Origin: Candidatus Rokuibacteriota bacterium
GTDB lineage: Bacteria; Methylomirabilota; Methylomirabilia; Rokubacteriales; CSP1-6
Assembly (NCBI GenBank): GCA_016184305.1
Contig: JACPCX010000191.1
Span: 1-39,341, forward strand
Length of the DNA: 39,341 nt
Direction: 5' to 3'
A model generated the notes under the pieces. It did no database searches. It was given only the letters and a program-made list of their open reading frames with translations, and was not told the DNA's origin. A program made the position numbers and the translations under genes. Positions 1 through 7,758 of the stretch are shown here, in pieces (within the stretch, counting starts at the first letter, position 1; every line of letters starts with the position of its first letter).

Positions 1-99
1 GCACCGGCGGGCTGGAGCGCCTACGCCTATAGCTCCACCGCCTCGGGAACCTTCACCATCTCGGCGAGCGGCGACAGCACCACCGTCAGCTTGCCGTAA
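1..99 (+). CDS. 3' end of a probable type IV pilin-like protein (partial)
   Basis: Frame +1 reads APAGWSAYAYSSTASGTFTISASGDSTTVSLP-stop (TAA 97-99); 13 of 32 residues are Ser/Thr, with a 'Y.Y...TFTI.A.G' beta-strand pattern like pilin C-termini. It is followed by a strong hairpin and pilus genes. The diagnostic N-terminus lies outside the window. Confidence 0.5.
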   Translation, partial: APAGWSAYAYSSTASGTFTISASGDSTTVSLP

Positions 100-124
100 G
101 GACCGCGGATCGCACGGTACGACC

Positions 125-156
125 GGTGGGGGAGGGGGCTCATCCCCTCCCCCACC
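125..156 (+). terminator. Perfect 13-bp stem-loop (terminator or mRNA-stabilising hairpin)
   Basis: GGTGGGGGAGGGG-gctcat-CCCCTCCCCCACC directly after the upstream stop; no clear U-tract. Confidence 0.7.
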
Positions 157-174
157 CGAACTTCACGGCCCTCC

Positions 175-1893
175 ATGGCCGCCGCGTGGCCGCCGCTTCT
201 GCTTCTCCTCCTGCTGGGCGCGGTGGCCTTCTCCAATGTCCCGGGCTTCGAGCTGGTCTGGGACGACCAGCATTTCCTCGTCCACAGCACGACCCTGACT
301 CACGGGTCGCCCGCCGCCCTCTTCGCCTCTGACTTCGGGCTCGACGGCTCGGGCAGCGGCTACTATCGCCCGCTCGTGACGCTCAGCTTCTTTCTGGAGC
401 ACCGCATGTTCGGCACAAGCCCGGCGGGCTACCACGTGATGAACGTCCTCTATCATCTGGGGGCGACGCTCGCCTTGGTGTGGGCCGCAGCAAGGGCCCT
501 GGGCAGCCGCGAGGCGGCCTGGCTCGCCGGCCTCGTGTTCGTGCTCCACCCGATCCACACCGAGTCCGTGGCGTTTGTCTCCGGCCGCACCGACATCCTG
601 GCAACGCTCGTCTTCCTCCTGGCCTTCGGCTGCTATACGCGCTGGGAGCGTGGGCGCCCCGCGTGGGCGCTGGCGTCGCTTTTCGGGTTCGCCGCGGCAT
701 TACTCGCCAAGGAGCCCGCCATCGTGCTCCCCGCCGTGCTCTTGGCCTGGGAGCTGACCCTCGCTCGCGTGGAACGCGGGGCACTCGCGCCAGCCCGGGT
801 CGCTGCCAGGCTTTCCCCGTTCCTCGTGCTGGCCCTCGCGTATCTCGGCGTGAGGCGGTGGGTGCTCGGATCGCTCCCGGGGCTGCCGCTGGGCCAAGAG
901 AGCCTCGCCAGTCGGATGGCGGAGGGACTCCAGTCGCTCGGCCGCTACCTGCTCCTGCTCGTCGCGCCCTACCCGGCGAACCCCGACTATGTGCTCGATC
1001 CACCCGCCGCCTGGATCTCCTGGGCCATCGCCGGGGCACTCCTGGCCGTGCTGGCCGTGGCGGTGGGGACCGCCGTCGCCTGGCGGCACTCGAGGCTCCC
1101 CGCGTTTCTGGCGCTGTGGCTGCTCCTGACCCTTCTGCCGGCCACGCCCTTCATGCCCTGGGGCCCCGCGCAGATGGCCGAGCGCTTCCTCTACCTCCCA
1201 TCCGCGGCCTTCGCGCTCTTCCTGGGATGGATCGGCCGGCGCTGGCTCCCCAGCCGTGGCGCCCTCGAGAGGCAGCTCGACGCCCGTCAGGCGCTGGCTG
1301 GTTGCGCCGCAGCCGCGCTCCTGCTGGGGGCCCTCGGCCTCACCCTGTACCGCAACGAGGACTGGCGTGACCCGGAGCGCCTCTTCGCCCGCATGGAGGC
1401 GTCCTCGCCCCGCTCGTGGAAAGCGGCGGTGAACCTGGGCCATCTCCATCAGCAGCGGGACGAGCTGCCGGCCGCCGGTGCCGCGTTCAGGAAGGCGCTG
1501 GCACTCCAGCCCGATCTGCCTTCCGCGCTCATGGGGCTCGCGGTAGTGGAGAGCCGCCTCGGCATCCACGAGGACGCGATCCGGCTCGGGCGGCGCGCGC
1601 TGGCACTGGCTCCCGGGAGCGACCTGATGGACCTGCAGCTCGGCTTCGTCTTCAGCAACGCGGGCGATCACACGGCCGCTGCCGAGCGGTTCGCGGAGGC
1701 GGCACGCAAGAACCCGCGGCGCCTCGACGCGCGCTATCACCTGGCGCTGGAGCTCGCGCGCGCCGGGCAGGAGGCCCAGGCCCGGGCGGCGCTCCGCGAG
1801 GCGGAGGCCCTCTCGCGAAGCCTCGGACTCCCTCCTTCGACCTCGGGCGCGCGCGAGCTGGCCCGCGCGACCCTCGCCCCAGCCCCCCGATGA
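175..1893 (+). CDS. TMTC-like GT-C membrane glycosyltransferase with C-terminal TPRs (putative protein O-mannosyltransferase), copy 1
   Basis: Many TM segments; motifs VWDD, YYRPL, HPIHTESVAFVSGRTD, LLAKE, AERFLYLPS and RNEDW match TMTC-family hallmarks; about four TPR repeats at the C-terminus. Confidence 0.8.
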   Translation: MAAAWPPLLLLLLLGAVAFSNVPGFELVWDDQHFLVHSTTLTHGSPAALFASDFGLDGSGSGYYRPLVTLSFFLEHRMFGTSPAGYHVMNVLYHLGATLALVWAAARALGSREAAWLAGLVFVLHPIHTESVAFVSGRTDILATLVFLLAFGCYTRWERGRPAWALASLFGFAAALLAKEPAIVLPAVLLAWELTLARVERGALAPARVAARLSPFLVLALAYLGVRRWVLGSLPGLPLGQESLASRMAEGLQSLGRYLLLLVAPYPANPDYVLDPPAAWISWAIAGALLAVLAVAVGTAVAWRHSRLPAFLALWLLLTLLPATPFMPWGPAQMAERFLYLPSAAFALFLGWIGRRWLPSRGALERQLDARQALAGCAAAALLLGALGLTLYRNEDWRDPERLFARMEASSPRSWKAAVNLGHLHQQRDELPAAGAAFRKALALQPDLPSALMGLAVVESRLGIHEDAIRLGRRALALAPGSDLMDLQLGFVFSNAGDHTAAAERFAEAARKNPRRLDARYHLALELARAGQEAQARAALREAEALSRSLGLPPSTSGARELARATLAPAPR

Positions 1894-2114
1894 GCGCTTG
1901 CGCGAAGAGGCCCCGGTAATGCGGGCGTTCCGATGAGCGCTTGCGCGAAGAGGCCCAACCGCAACGTGAGGTCCTCCACATTCAGGCGTGACGAAGAGAC
2001 CGCTTGCGCGAAGAGGCCCAACCGCAACCCGATGTCATCTACATTCAGGCGTCCTGAATGATCGCGTGCGCGAAGAGGCCCAACCGCAGCGCGACGTCTT
2101 CCACGTTCAACCGA
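1890..2114. repeat. Four-copy direct repeat with core GC(T/G)TGCGCGAAGAGGCCC(AACCGCA), unit about 62-63 bp
   Basis: Cores start at 1896, 1939, 2002 and 2064 (spacings 43, 63, 62). Copies 2-4 also share a downstream TC(C/T)AC(A/G)TTCA motif; copy 1 is truncated. Confidence 0.9.
1933..2061 (+). CDS. Possible 42-aa repeat peptide (MSACAKRPNRNVRSSTFRRDEE-TACAKRPNRNPMSSTFRRPE)
   Basis: ATG 1933 to TGA 2061, made of repeat copies 2 and 3; its stop overlaps ATG 2058 (ATGA). May not be expressed. Confidence 0.3.
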   Translation: MSACAKRPNRNVRSSTFRRDEETACAKRPNRNPMSSTFRRPE

Positions 2115-3974
2115 GATAATAAGAGATCCGCGCGCGCGGTGTGGCTCTGCGTGGCACTGGCAGCCGTCCTCGGCTACGCCGCCACGCTCACCTACGACTT
2201 CGTCTGGGACGACACGCTTCTGATCCAGCGCAGCTGGCACCTGCACCAGTGGCGGTCGCTGCCCGCGATCCTGGGCTCCCATTTCTGGGCCGAGGTCCAG
2301 GAGGCGAGCCACTACTACCGCCCGCTGGTGACGCTGAGCTTCTTCGCCGACGTGCAGCTCTGGGGGCTCACCCCGGCCGGCTTCCACCTGACCAACCTGC
2401 TGGTGCACCTGGCCACATCACTGGCCGTCCTGGCCCTGGGCCGGCGGCTCACGGGCAGCCTATGGGCTGGAGGGATCGCCGGCCTCGTCTTCGCGCTCCA
2501 CCCACTGCACACGGAGTCGGTCGCCTTCATCTCCGGGCGCAGCGACGTCCTGGCGACGCTCTTCTTCCTCTGGGCGCTCCTGGCCTATGCGGCCTGGTGG
2601 GACACGGGCCGGCGCTGGACGTATGGGTTGTCGCTGGCGTCGTTCTTCCTCGCGCTCATGGCCAAGGAGGTGGCCGCCACCCTGCCAGCCGTCTTGCTGC
2701 TCTACGACTGGGCCGCGCGCGGCGGTGTGGCGAGCCCGCGCGCGGTGGGCCGCGCAGTGCTCCGCTGCTCCGGGCACCTCGGGATCATGGCGCTCTACGC
2801 GGGCATCCGCCTCGTGGCCCTCGGCCGGATCGTGGACGCGGAGGCGAGCGCGTGGGGGAGTCTGCTCACCCGGCTCCTCACCACGCTGGACATCGTCGCC
2901 ACCTACGTCCGGCTCACCGTCATCCCGTATCCCGCCAACTCCTACCCGCTGATCGTGCCGGTGATCTTCCCCGGGAGCCCGCGCTTCTGGCTCGGCATGG
3001 CGCTGCTCGCGGTGGGGCTCGGGCTGACCGCATGGGCGGCGTGGCGCTCGCGCGTGATCGGCTTCGGCGCCCTCTGGTTCTGGGTCACCCTGATCCCCTT
3101 CGCGGGGGTGAACCTGCTGTCCCTGTCCACCGCCATCATGGCGGAGCGCTTCCTCTACCTCCCCACCGTCGGGTTCTGCCTCGTGGTGGGCATGCTCTTC
3201 TGGAAATTCCTGGGCGCGGTGGACGTGTCGGCCTCGAGTCAGCTCCGCCCGGCGCCGGCGCTGGCGCTGGCCGGGACCGTGGTGATCTACGCGCTGCTGA
3301 CACTCTGGCGCAACGAGGACTGGAAGGACAACTACCGCCTGTATTCCCGCATGGTCGAGACCTCGCCCCAGACCGCCCTGCCGCGGGTGAACCTCGCCTT
3401 CACCCAGTTCCTTCGGGGCGAGATCGTGGAGGCGGATCTCCATCTGCAGAAGGCCGTGTCCCTCATGCCCGAGAATCCCCGGGCGCGGGTCGGGCTGGGC
3501 CTCACCCGGACCTTGCTCGGCCATACGGAACAGGGACTCGAGCATGCGCTCAAGGCCCAGGCCTACGCGCCCCACAACCCCGATATTCTCGCCACGCTCG
3601 GCACGATCTATCTGTACCGGGAGGAGCCCGCCCGGGCCATCGCTCACCTCGAGGAGTCGCTCCGCCTGAACCCCCACCAGGTACACGCCTCGCTCAACCT
3701 GGCCCTGGCGCTCCACAAGCTCGGACGGCAGGCCGAGGCCGAGGCCGTCCTCACGCGTGGAGCCAAGCTGGCCGAGCTCCTGAGCCCCGGGCTTCCGCTG
3801 GTGGACCGGATCACGGCCGAGGTATATGCCGGGCGCGAGCCAGCCAGGGCGGGCGCGGCATGGGAACGGTACATCGCCCGGCTCCGCGCCATGGGCGAGC
3901 GGGCCCACACCCAGCAGGCGGACCTGGCCTATGCCGAACAGCAGCTGGCGAAGCTCCGCGGAGATGGGCAGTGA
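2058..3974 (+). CDS. TMTC-like GT-C membrane glycosyltransferase with TPRs, copy 2 (true start may be near GTG 2139)
   Basis: FVWDD, YYRPL, HPLHTESVAFISGRSD, MAKE, AERFLYLPT, RNEDW and C-terminal TPRs; paralogue of 175-1893. The first ~20 aa derive from repeat copy 4. Confidence 0.8.
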   Translation: MIACAKRPNRSATSSTFNRDNKRSARAVWLCVALAAVLGYAATLTYDFVWDDTLLIQRSWHLHQWRSLPAILGSHFWAEVQEASHYYRPLVTLSFFADVQLWGLTPAGFHLTNLLVHLATSLAVLALGRRLTGSLWAGGIAGLVFALHPLHTESVAFISGRSDVLATLFFLWALLAYAAWWDTGRRWTYGLSLASFFLALMAKEVAATLPAVLLLYDWAARGGVASPRAVGRAVLRCSGHLGIMALYAGIRLVALGRIVDAEASAWGSLLTRLLTTLDIVATYVRLTVIPYPANSYPLIVPVIFPGSPRFWLGMALLAVGLGLTAWAAWRSRVIGFGALWFWVTLIPFAGVNLLSLSTAIMAERFLYLPTVGFCLVVGMLFWKFLGAVDVSASSQLRPAPALALAGTVVIYALLTLWRNEDWKDNYRLYSRMVETSPQTALPRVNLAFTQFLRGEIVEADLHLQKAVSLMPENPRARVGLGLTRTLLGHTEQGLEHALKAQAYAPHNPDILATLGTIYLYREEPARAIAHLEESLRLNPHQVHASLNLALALHKLGRQAEAEAVLTRGAKLAELLSPGLPLVDRITAEVYAGREPARAGAAWERYIARLRAMGERAHTQQADLAYAEQQLAKLRGDGQ

Positions 3975-4741
3975 CGGCGCCGGGCGCACTTCTCCCCTCG
4001 TTCCTCGTCTTCGTCTTCGGGCTCTTCGTGGGAAGCTTCCTCAACGTCGTCATCGCGCGACTGCCGGAGCGGCGGAGCATCGTCACGCCGCGATCGGCCT
4101 GTCCGCGCTGCGAAAGGCCGATCCCCTGGTACGACAACGTGCCGCTCCTGTCCTTCGCCCTCCTCGCAGGGCGCTGCCGGTACTGCCGGGCGCCGATCTC
4201 GTGGCGCTATCCCGTCGTGGAAGCCGCCACCGGCGGCCTGTTCCTGCTCGCGCTGGCGCGGCGCGGGCTCTCGCTCGACCTCGTGAGCGCGCTCGTCCTG
4301 CTGGCGGCGCTCGTGGCCGTCACGGGCATCGACCTCGACCACCAGATCATCCCGGACGTCATCACGGTCCCCGGCATCGCGGTGGGGCTGGCATGCAGCC
4401 TTGTCACCGGGCAGCCCCGCTGGCTCGAATCCCTCATCGGTGCCGTCGTGGGAGGCGGCCTCTTCCTCCTGATCATCGTCGCCAGCGGCGGCGGCATGGG
4501 GGGAGGAGACATGAAGCTCGGCGCCATGCTCGGGGCGTTCCTGGGGTGGCGGCTGCTGCTCGTGGGGGTCATGATCTCCGTGCTGGCGGGCGGCGTCGTG
4601 GCCATCGCCCTGCTGGCGCTCAGGCGCCGGGGCAGGAAGGACGCCGTCCCGTTCGGCCCTTTCCTCGCTCTGGGCGGCGCGCTCGCGCTGCTCTGGGGCG
4701 AGAGAATCCTCCAGTGGTATCTGACGGCCTTCGTCAGATGA
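3971..4741 (+). CDS. pilD: Prepilin peptidase/N-methyltransferase (A24)
   Basis: GSFLNVVIARLP, CPRC...CRYC zinc motif, IDLDHQIIPD, GMGGGDMKL, VPFGPFLA; GTG start overlaps the upstream stop (GTGA). Confidence 0.95.
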   Translation: MTAPGALLPSFLVFVFGLFVGSFLNVVIARLPERRSIVTPRSACPRCERPIPWYDNVPLLSFALLAGRCRYCRAPISWRYPVVEAATGGLFLLALARRGLSLDLVSALVLLAALVAVTGIDLDHQIIPDVITVPGIAVGLACSLVTGQPRWLESLIGAVVGGGLFLLIIVASGGGMGGGDMKLGAMLGAFLGWRLLLVGVMISVLAGGVVAIALLALRRRGRKDAVPFGPFLALGGALALLWGERILQWYLTAFVR

Positions 4742-4943
4742 GAGCCGCTCCGAGGGCCGTCATGGGCATGACGTCACGCGTGTTCGCTTTGGGGGGTACC
4801 GCAACCCCATCAGGACTGGAGGCGGGGCACGCCCGTTCCCTGGTTGCGCTGTTTTTGCGGCCCTGGCCGCCACGCGAGGGCGCAGAGCGCGGGTTGCGCG
4901 CGGCAAACGGCAACCGCCCATGCACCAACTTCGGCCCACCCCG

Positions 4944-4960
4944 CTGGCCTCCTTCTTGCT
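4944..4960 (+). promoter_or_regulatory. sigma54 (-24/-12) promoter for the minor pilin operon
   Basis: CTGGCCTCCTTCTTGCT: GG at 4946-47 and GC at 4958-59 with exactly 10 nt between, ~50 nt upstream of ATG 5010. Confidence 0.6.
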
Positions 4961-5009
4961 AGACTTCACGGTGAGCCCGCATAGCGGCGGAAAGGCTGGT
5001 CACAGACAC

Positions 5010-5483
5010 ATGGCTCCTGTACGCGTTGAGAGACAGACGGCGCAAGCAGGGTTCAGCCTGGCCGAATTGCTGGTTGTCATCGCGGTCATCGGCATCCTCG
5101 CCGGCATGACGGTGCCGTTCTTCATCAGCTACTACCAGAGCGCGGCGCTCAAGGCCGCGGCCGAGGAGCTCGTGACCTTCCTGAACCAGGGACGCCAGAT
5201 CGCCATCAAGGAGAACCAGTCGGTGTGCGTCCAGACCACGTCCGGCGCCATCCAGATGCGCGTCAGCGGCTGCAGCGGGACGCTCTGGGTCGGGCCAGGC
5301 ACGGATGCGTCCGGGAACTGGAAGGTCCCGCAGGGCTTCACCCTCGGCAGCACGGCCACTGCGGTGTTCAGCTACCTGGGGGCGGCCTCCCCCGCGGCGA
5401 CGTACACCGTGACGAACAGCGCCAATGGCAAGACGCTCTCCGTGACCCTGTCGGCCTCGGGCCGGGTCAACGTCGGGCCCTGA
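5010..5483 (+). CDS. Minor pilin, FimT/FimU/GspH-like
   Basis: Class III signal QAG|FSLAELLVVIAVIGILAG with E5; 'GRQIAIKENQSVCV' FimT-like segment. Confidence 0.85.
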   Translation: MAPVRVERQTAQAGFSLAELLVVIAVIGILAGMTVPFFISYYQSAALKAAAEELVTFLNQGRQIAIKENQSVCVQTTSGAIQMRVSGCSGTLWVGPGTDASGNWKVPQGFTLGSTATAVFSYLGAASPAATYTVTNSANGKTLSVTLSASGRVNVGP

Positions 5484-5495
5484 GGGGACACGGCC

Positions 5496-5981
5496 ATGCG
5501 ACGGCGCGTGACGAACCAGCACGGCATGACCCTCGCGGAGGTGCTCGTCGCCATCGCGATCATCGGCGTCGGGCTCGCGGCGCTGGCCGCGGCCATCCCC
5601 ATCGCGGGCTACGGGATCCAGGAGGGGAGCCAGCTCTCGACGGCCACCTTCCTCGCCAACGCGCGGCTCGAGCAGGCGAAGAACGCGGTGTGGACCACCA
5701 CCCCAGACGTGGACAACCTCGGCGTGTCGTCCGGCAGCGCGGCCCCACAGACGGCTGGGATCACGACCTTCCCCGACGAGAATCCCATCGCGGCGCCATA
5801 CACGGCCTACACCCGCACGGTGCGCGTCACCGACTGCAGCGCTGGGGGCGGGTGCGCGGGCATCACCAATGCGAACCTCCGCCAGGTGACGGTGACCGTG
5901 ACCTACCGGCCGCTGACCGGCGTGGGGCAGAGCCCGGCCACCAAGTCGGCGGCCGTGACGATGCTGCTCGCGAAGAGGTGA
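5496..5981 (+). CDS. Minor pilin, PilV/GspI-like
   Basis: QHG|MTLAEVLVAIAIIGVG; 'ATFLANARLEQAK'; C-terminal 'LRQVTVTVTY'. Confidence 0.85.
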   Translation: MRRRVTNQHGMTLAEVLVAIAIIGVGLAALAAAIPIAGYGIQEGSQLSTATFLANARLEQAKNAVWTTTPDVDNLGVSSGSAAPQTAGITTFPDENPIAAPYTAYTRTVRVTDCSAGGGCAGITNANLRQVTVTVTYRPLTGVGQSPATKSAAVTMLLAKR

Positions 5982-5986
5982 GCGCC

Positions 5987-6520
5987 ATGCGGCGGATGCT
6001 CAGGGACCAGCGCGGCTTCACCCTCACCGAGCTGCTCGTGGTGACGGCCGTGCTCGCGATCGTGCTGGGCGCCGTGATCCTCATCCAGCAGAAGGGGCAG
6101 GAAGCCTACATCATGGGCTCGAACCGGGTCGAGACCCAGCAGAACGCCCGGGTGGCGCTGGACCTCATGACACGCGAGCTCCGCTCGGCGACGGCTATCA
6201 CCGCCATTCCCAGCGGCACCAACATGACCTTCACCGACCAGAACGGGGCCTCCGTGCAGTACCAGCTCGCCAGCGGCAACCTGACCCGGTCCACGGGGGG
6301 CATCGCGACGATCCTCATCGGGGGCGTCCAGTCGCTGGCCTTCACCTACTTCTCGGCCTACAACGGCCAGACCAATACCGGCACGAGCACCGGAACCGCC
6401 TCGGCCGTCAAGGTCATCAAGATCACTCTCGAGACCGGGACGGAGGAGGCCGCCGGCACCGGCTCCTTCGCGAGGCAGTTCGCGAAGATGGAGTCGATGG
6501 TGCGGCTGCGGAACATGTGA
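5987..6520 (+). CDS. Minor pilin, PilW/GspJ-like
   Basis: QRG|FTLTELLVVTAVL; 'QQNARVALDLMTRELRSA'; C-terminal 'VRLRN'. Confidence 0.9.
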   Translation: MRRMLRDQRGFTLTELLVVTAVLAIVLGAVILIQQKGQEAYIMGSNRVETQQNARVALDLMTRELRSATAITAIPSGTNMTFTDQNGASVQYQLASGNLTRSTGGIATILIGGVQSLAFTYFSAYNGQTNTGTSTGTASAVKVIKITLETGTEEAAGTGSFARQFAKMESMVRLRNM

Positions 6521-6534
6521 TGGGGAGGAGAGAC

Positions 6535-7758
6535 ATGGATATTCGCCGACTCGCCCGGATCCTCTGCGGCCAGCGCGGCATCGCGCTGCCGATGGCCCTC
6601 ATCGCGCTGCTGATCCTCACGGCGCTGGTGGTGGCGTTCTCGGTGCTCTCCACCTCCGAGCCCACCATCGCCGCCAACCATCTGCGCGTGGCCCAGGCCC
6701 GGGCCCTGGCCGAGGCCGGTGTGGAGCGCGCCGCCTGGGCGCTCACCAACAAGGATGCGACGGGCGGCCTCGCCGATCCGCTGCCCTCGATCGTGCCCGC
6801 GCCCTACGACGGGAGCGTGCTCGTCCCGGTCTTGGTGGGCGCCACCCAGGTCGGTGGCTTCCGCGTCACCGTGGCCGGCGGCGCCCAGAGCAACGAGCGC
6901 ACCGTCGCCGCCGTGGGCTGGGTCCCCACGGACGCGAGCAGCGACGGCCGGACCAAGGCGCACCAGCGCATCACGGCGACCTTGGCCAAGATCCGGTTCC
7001 TCGACCCGCCCTGCGCGCTCTGCGTCCGCGGCGACCTGGACGTGGGAGGGAACTCGACGGTCGACTCACGCTCGGACACGACCTGCGGGAACAAGTCGGG
7101 GACCATCACCACGGGCACCACGACCATCGGCAGCGGCGCGGCCGACGTGTGGGGGGCCGACGGCAACAACACCAGGAACCAGACGGGCACGGCGCCCCCT
7201 GCTGACATCGTGAACGGCTACAGCACGGCCAGCTTCGACAGCTATCTCTTCACCAGCAGCGACCTCGACGCGCTCAAGGCCATCGCCAAGGCCCGCGGGA
7301 CCTACTACCAGGGCGCCGTGACCTTCAACTCATCGTTCCGGATGCCCAACGGCATCATCTTCGTGGACACGACCACGGGGAACAACATCACGGACTCGAC
7401 GCCCACGTCGGAGTTCGCGGCCCTCAGCATCCACGGAGGCGCCCCGGCGGATGCCAGCGGCATCTTCAGCGGCTGGATCATCTCCAACGGCGGCATCAAC
7501 ATCAGCGGCGACTTCCGGATGCACGGCATGGTGTACGCGGTCAACGACATCTCCTATACGGGGACGGGGACGGGGGAGATCGTGGGGCAGATGATCTCGC
7601 AGAACATCCGCGACACCGTGGCCACGTCCATTGACACCAACACGGGCGGCAACGCCGCCGTCATCTACAACTGCGCCTATGCCAGGACCGGCGGCGGCCA
7701 GATCCCCCAGAGCTGGTTCGTCAAGGCGGGCACGTACAAGGAAGTCGCCGACCCGTGA
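6535..7758 (+). CDS. Large PilX/GspK-like minor pilin with extended Gly/Thr/Ser-rich C-terminal domain
   Basis: QRG|IALPMALIALLIL lacking E5; 'QARALAEAGVERA' PilX N-terminal motif; GAGGAG RBS before ATG 6535. Confidence 0.85.
   Translation: MDIRRLARILCGQRGIALPMALIALLILTALVVAFSVLSTSEPTIAANHLRVAQARALAEAGVERAAWALTNKDATGGLADPLPSIVPAPYDGSVLVPVLVGATQVGGFRVTVAGGAQSNERTVAAVGWVPTDASSDGRTKAHQRITATLAKIRFLDPPCALCVRGDLDVGGNSTVDSRSDTTCGNKSGTITTGTTTIGSGAADVWGADGNNTRNQTGTAPPADIVNGYSTASFDSYLFTSSDLDALKAIAKARGTYYQGAVTFNSSFRMPNGIIFVDTTTGNNITDSTPTSEFAALSIHGGAPADASGIFSGWIISNGGINISGDFRMHGMVYAVNDISYTGTGTGEIVGQMISQNIRDTVATSIDTNTGGNAAVIYNCAYARTGGGQIPQSWFVKAGTYKEVADP

Noticed and set aside
1890..2114. CRISPR array interpretation of the four-copy repeat
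   Set aside because: The inter-core segments resemble each other rather than being unique spacers, the cores are degenerate with irregular spacing, and no cas genes are in the window.
2141..4741. 866-aa ORF ending in the prepilin peptidase
   Set aside because: The N-terminal ~610 aa is a shadow frame of TMTC2; pilD starts at GTG 3971. The same artefact extends ORFs 5225, 9562, 25066, 26069, 26734, 35127 and 37391.
4880..5005. c-di-GMP-I riboswitch upstream of the pilins (GGCAAAC seen)
   Set aside because: The following GNRA-capped stem and GCAAA/tetraloop-receptor elements could not be identified.
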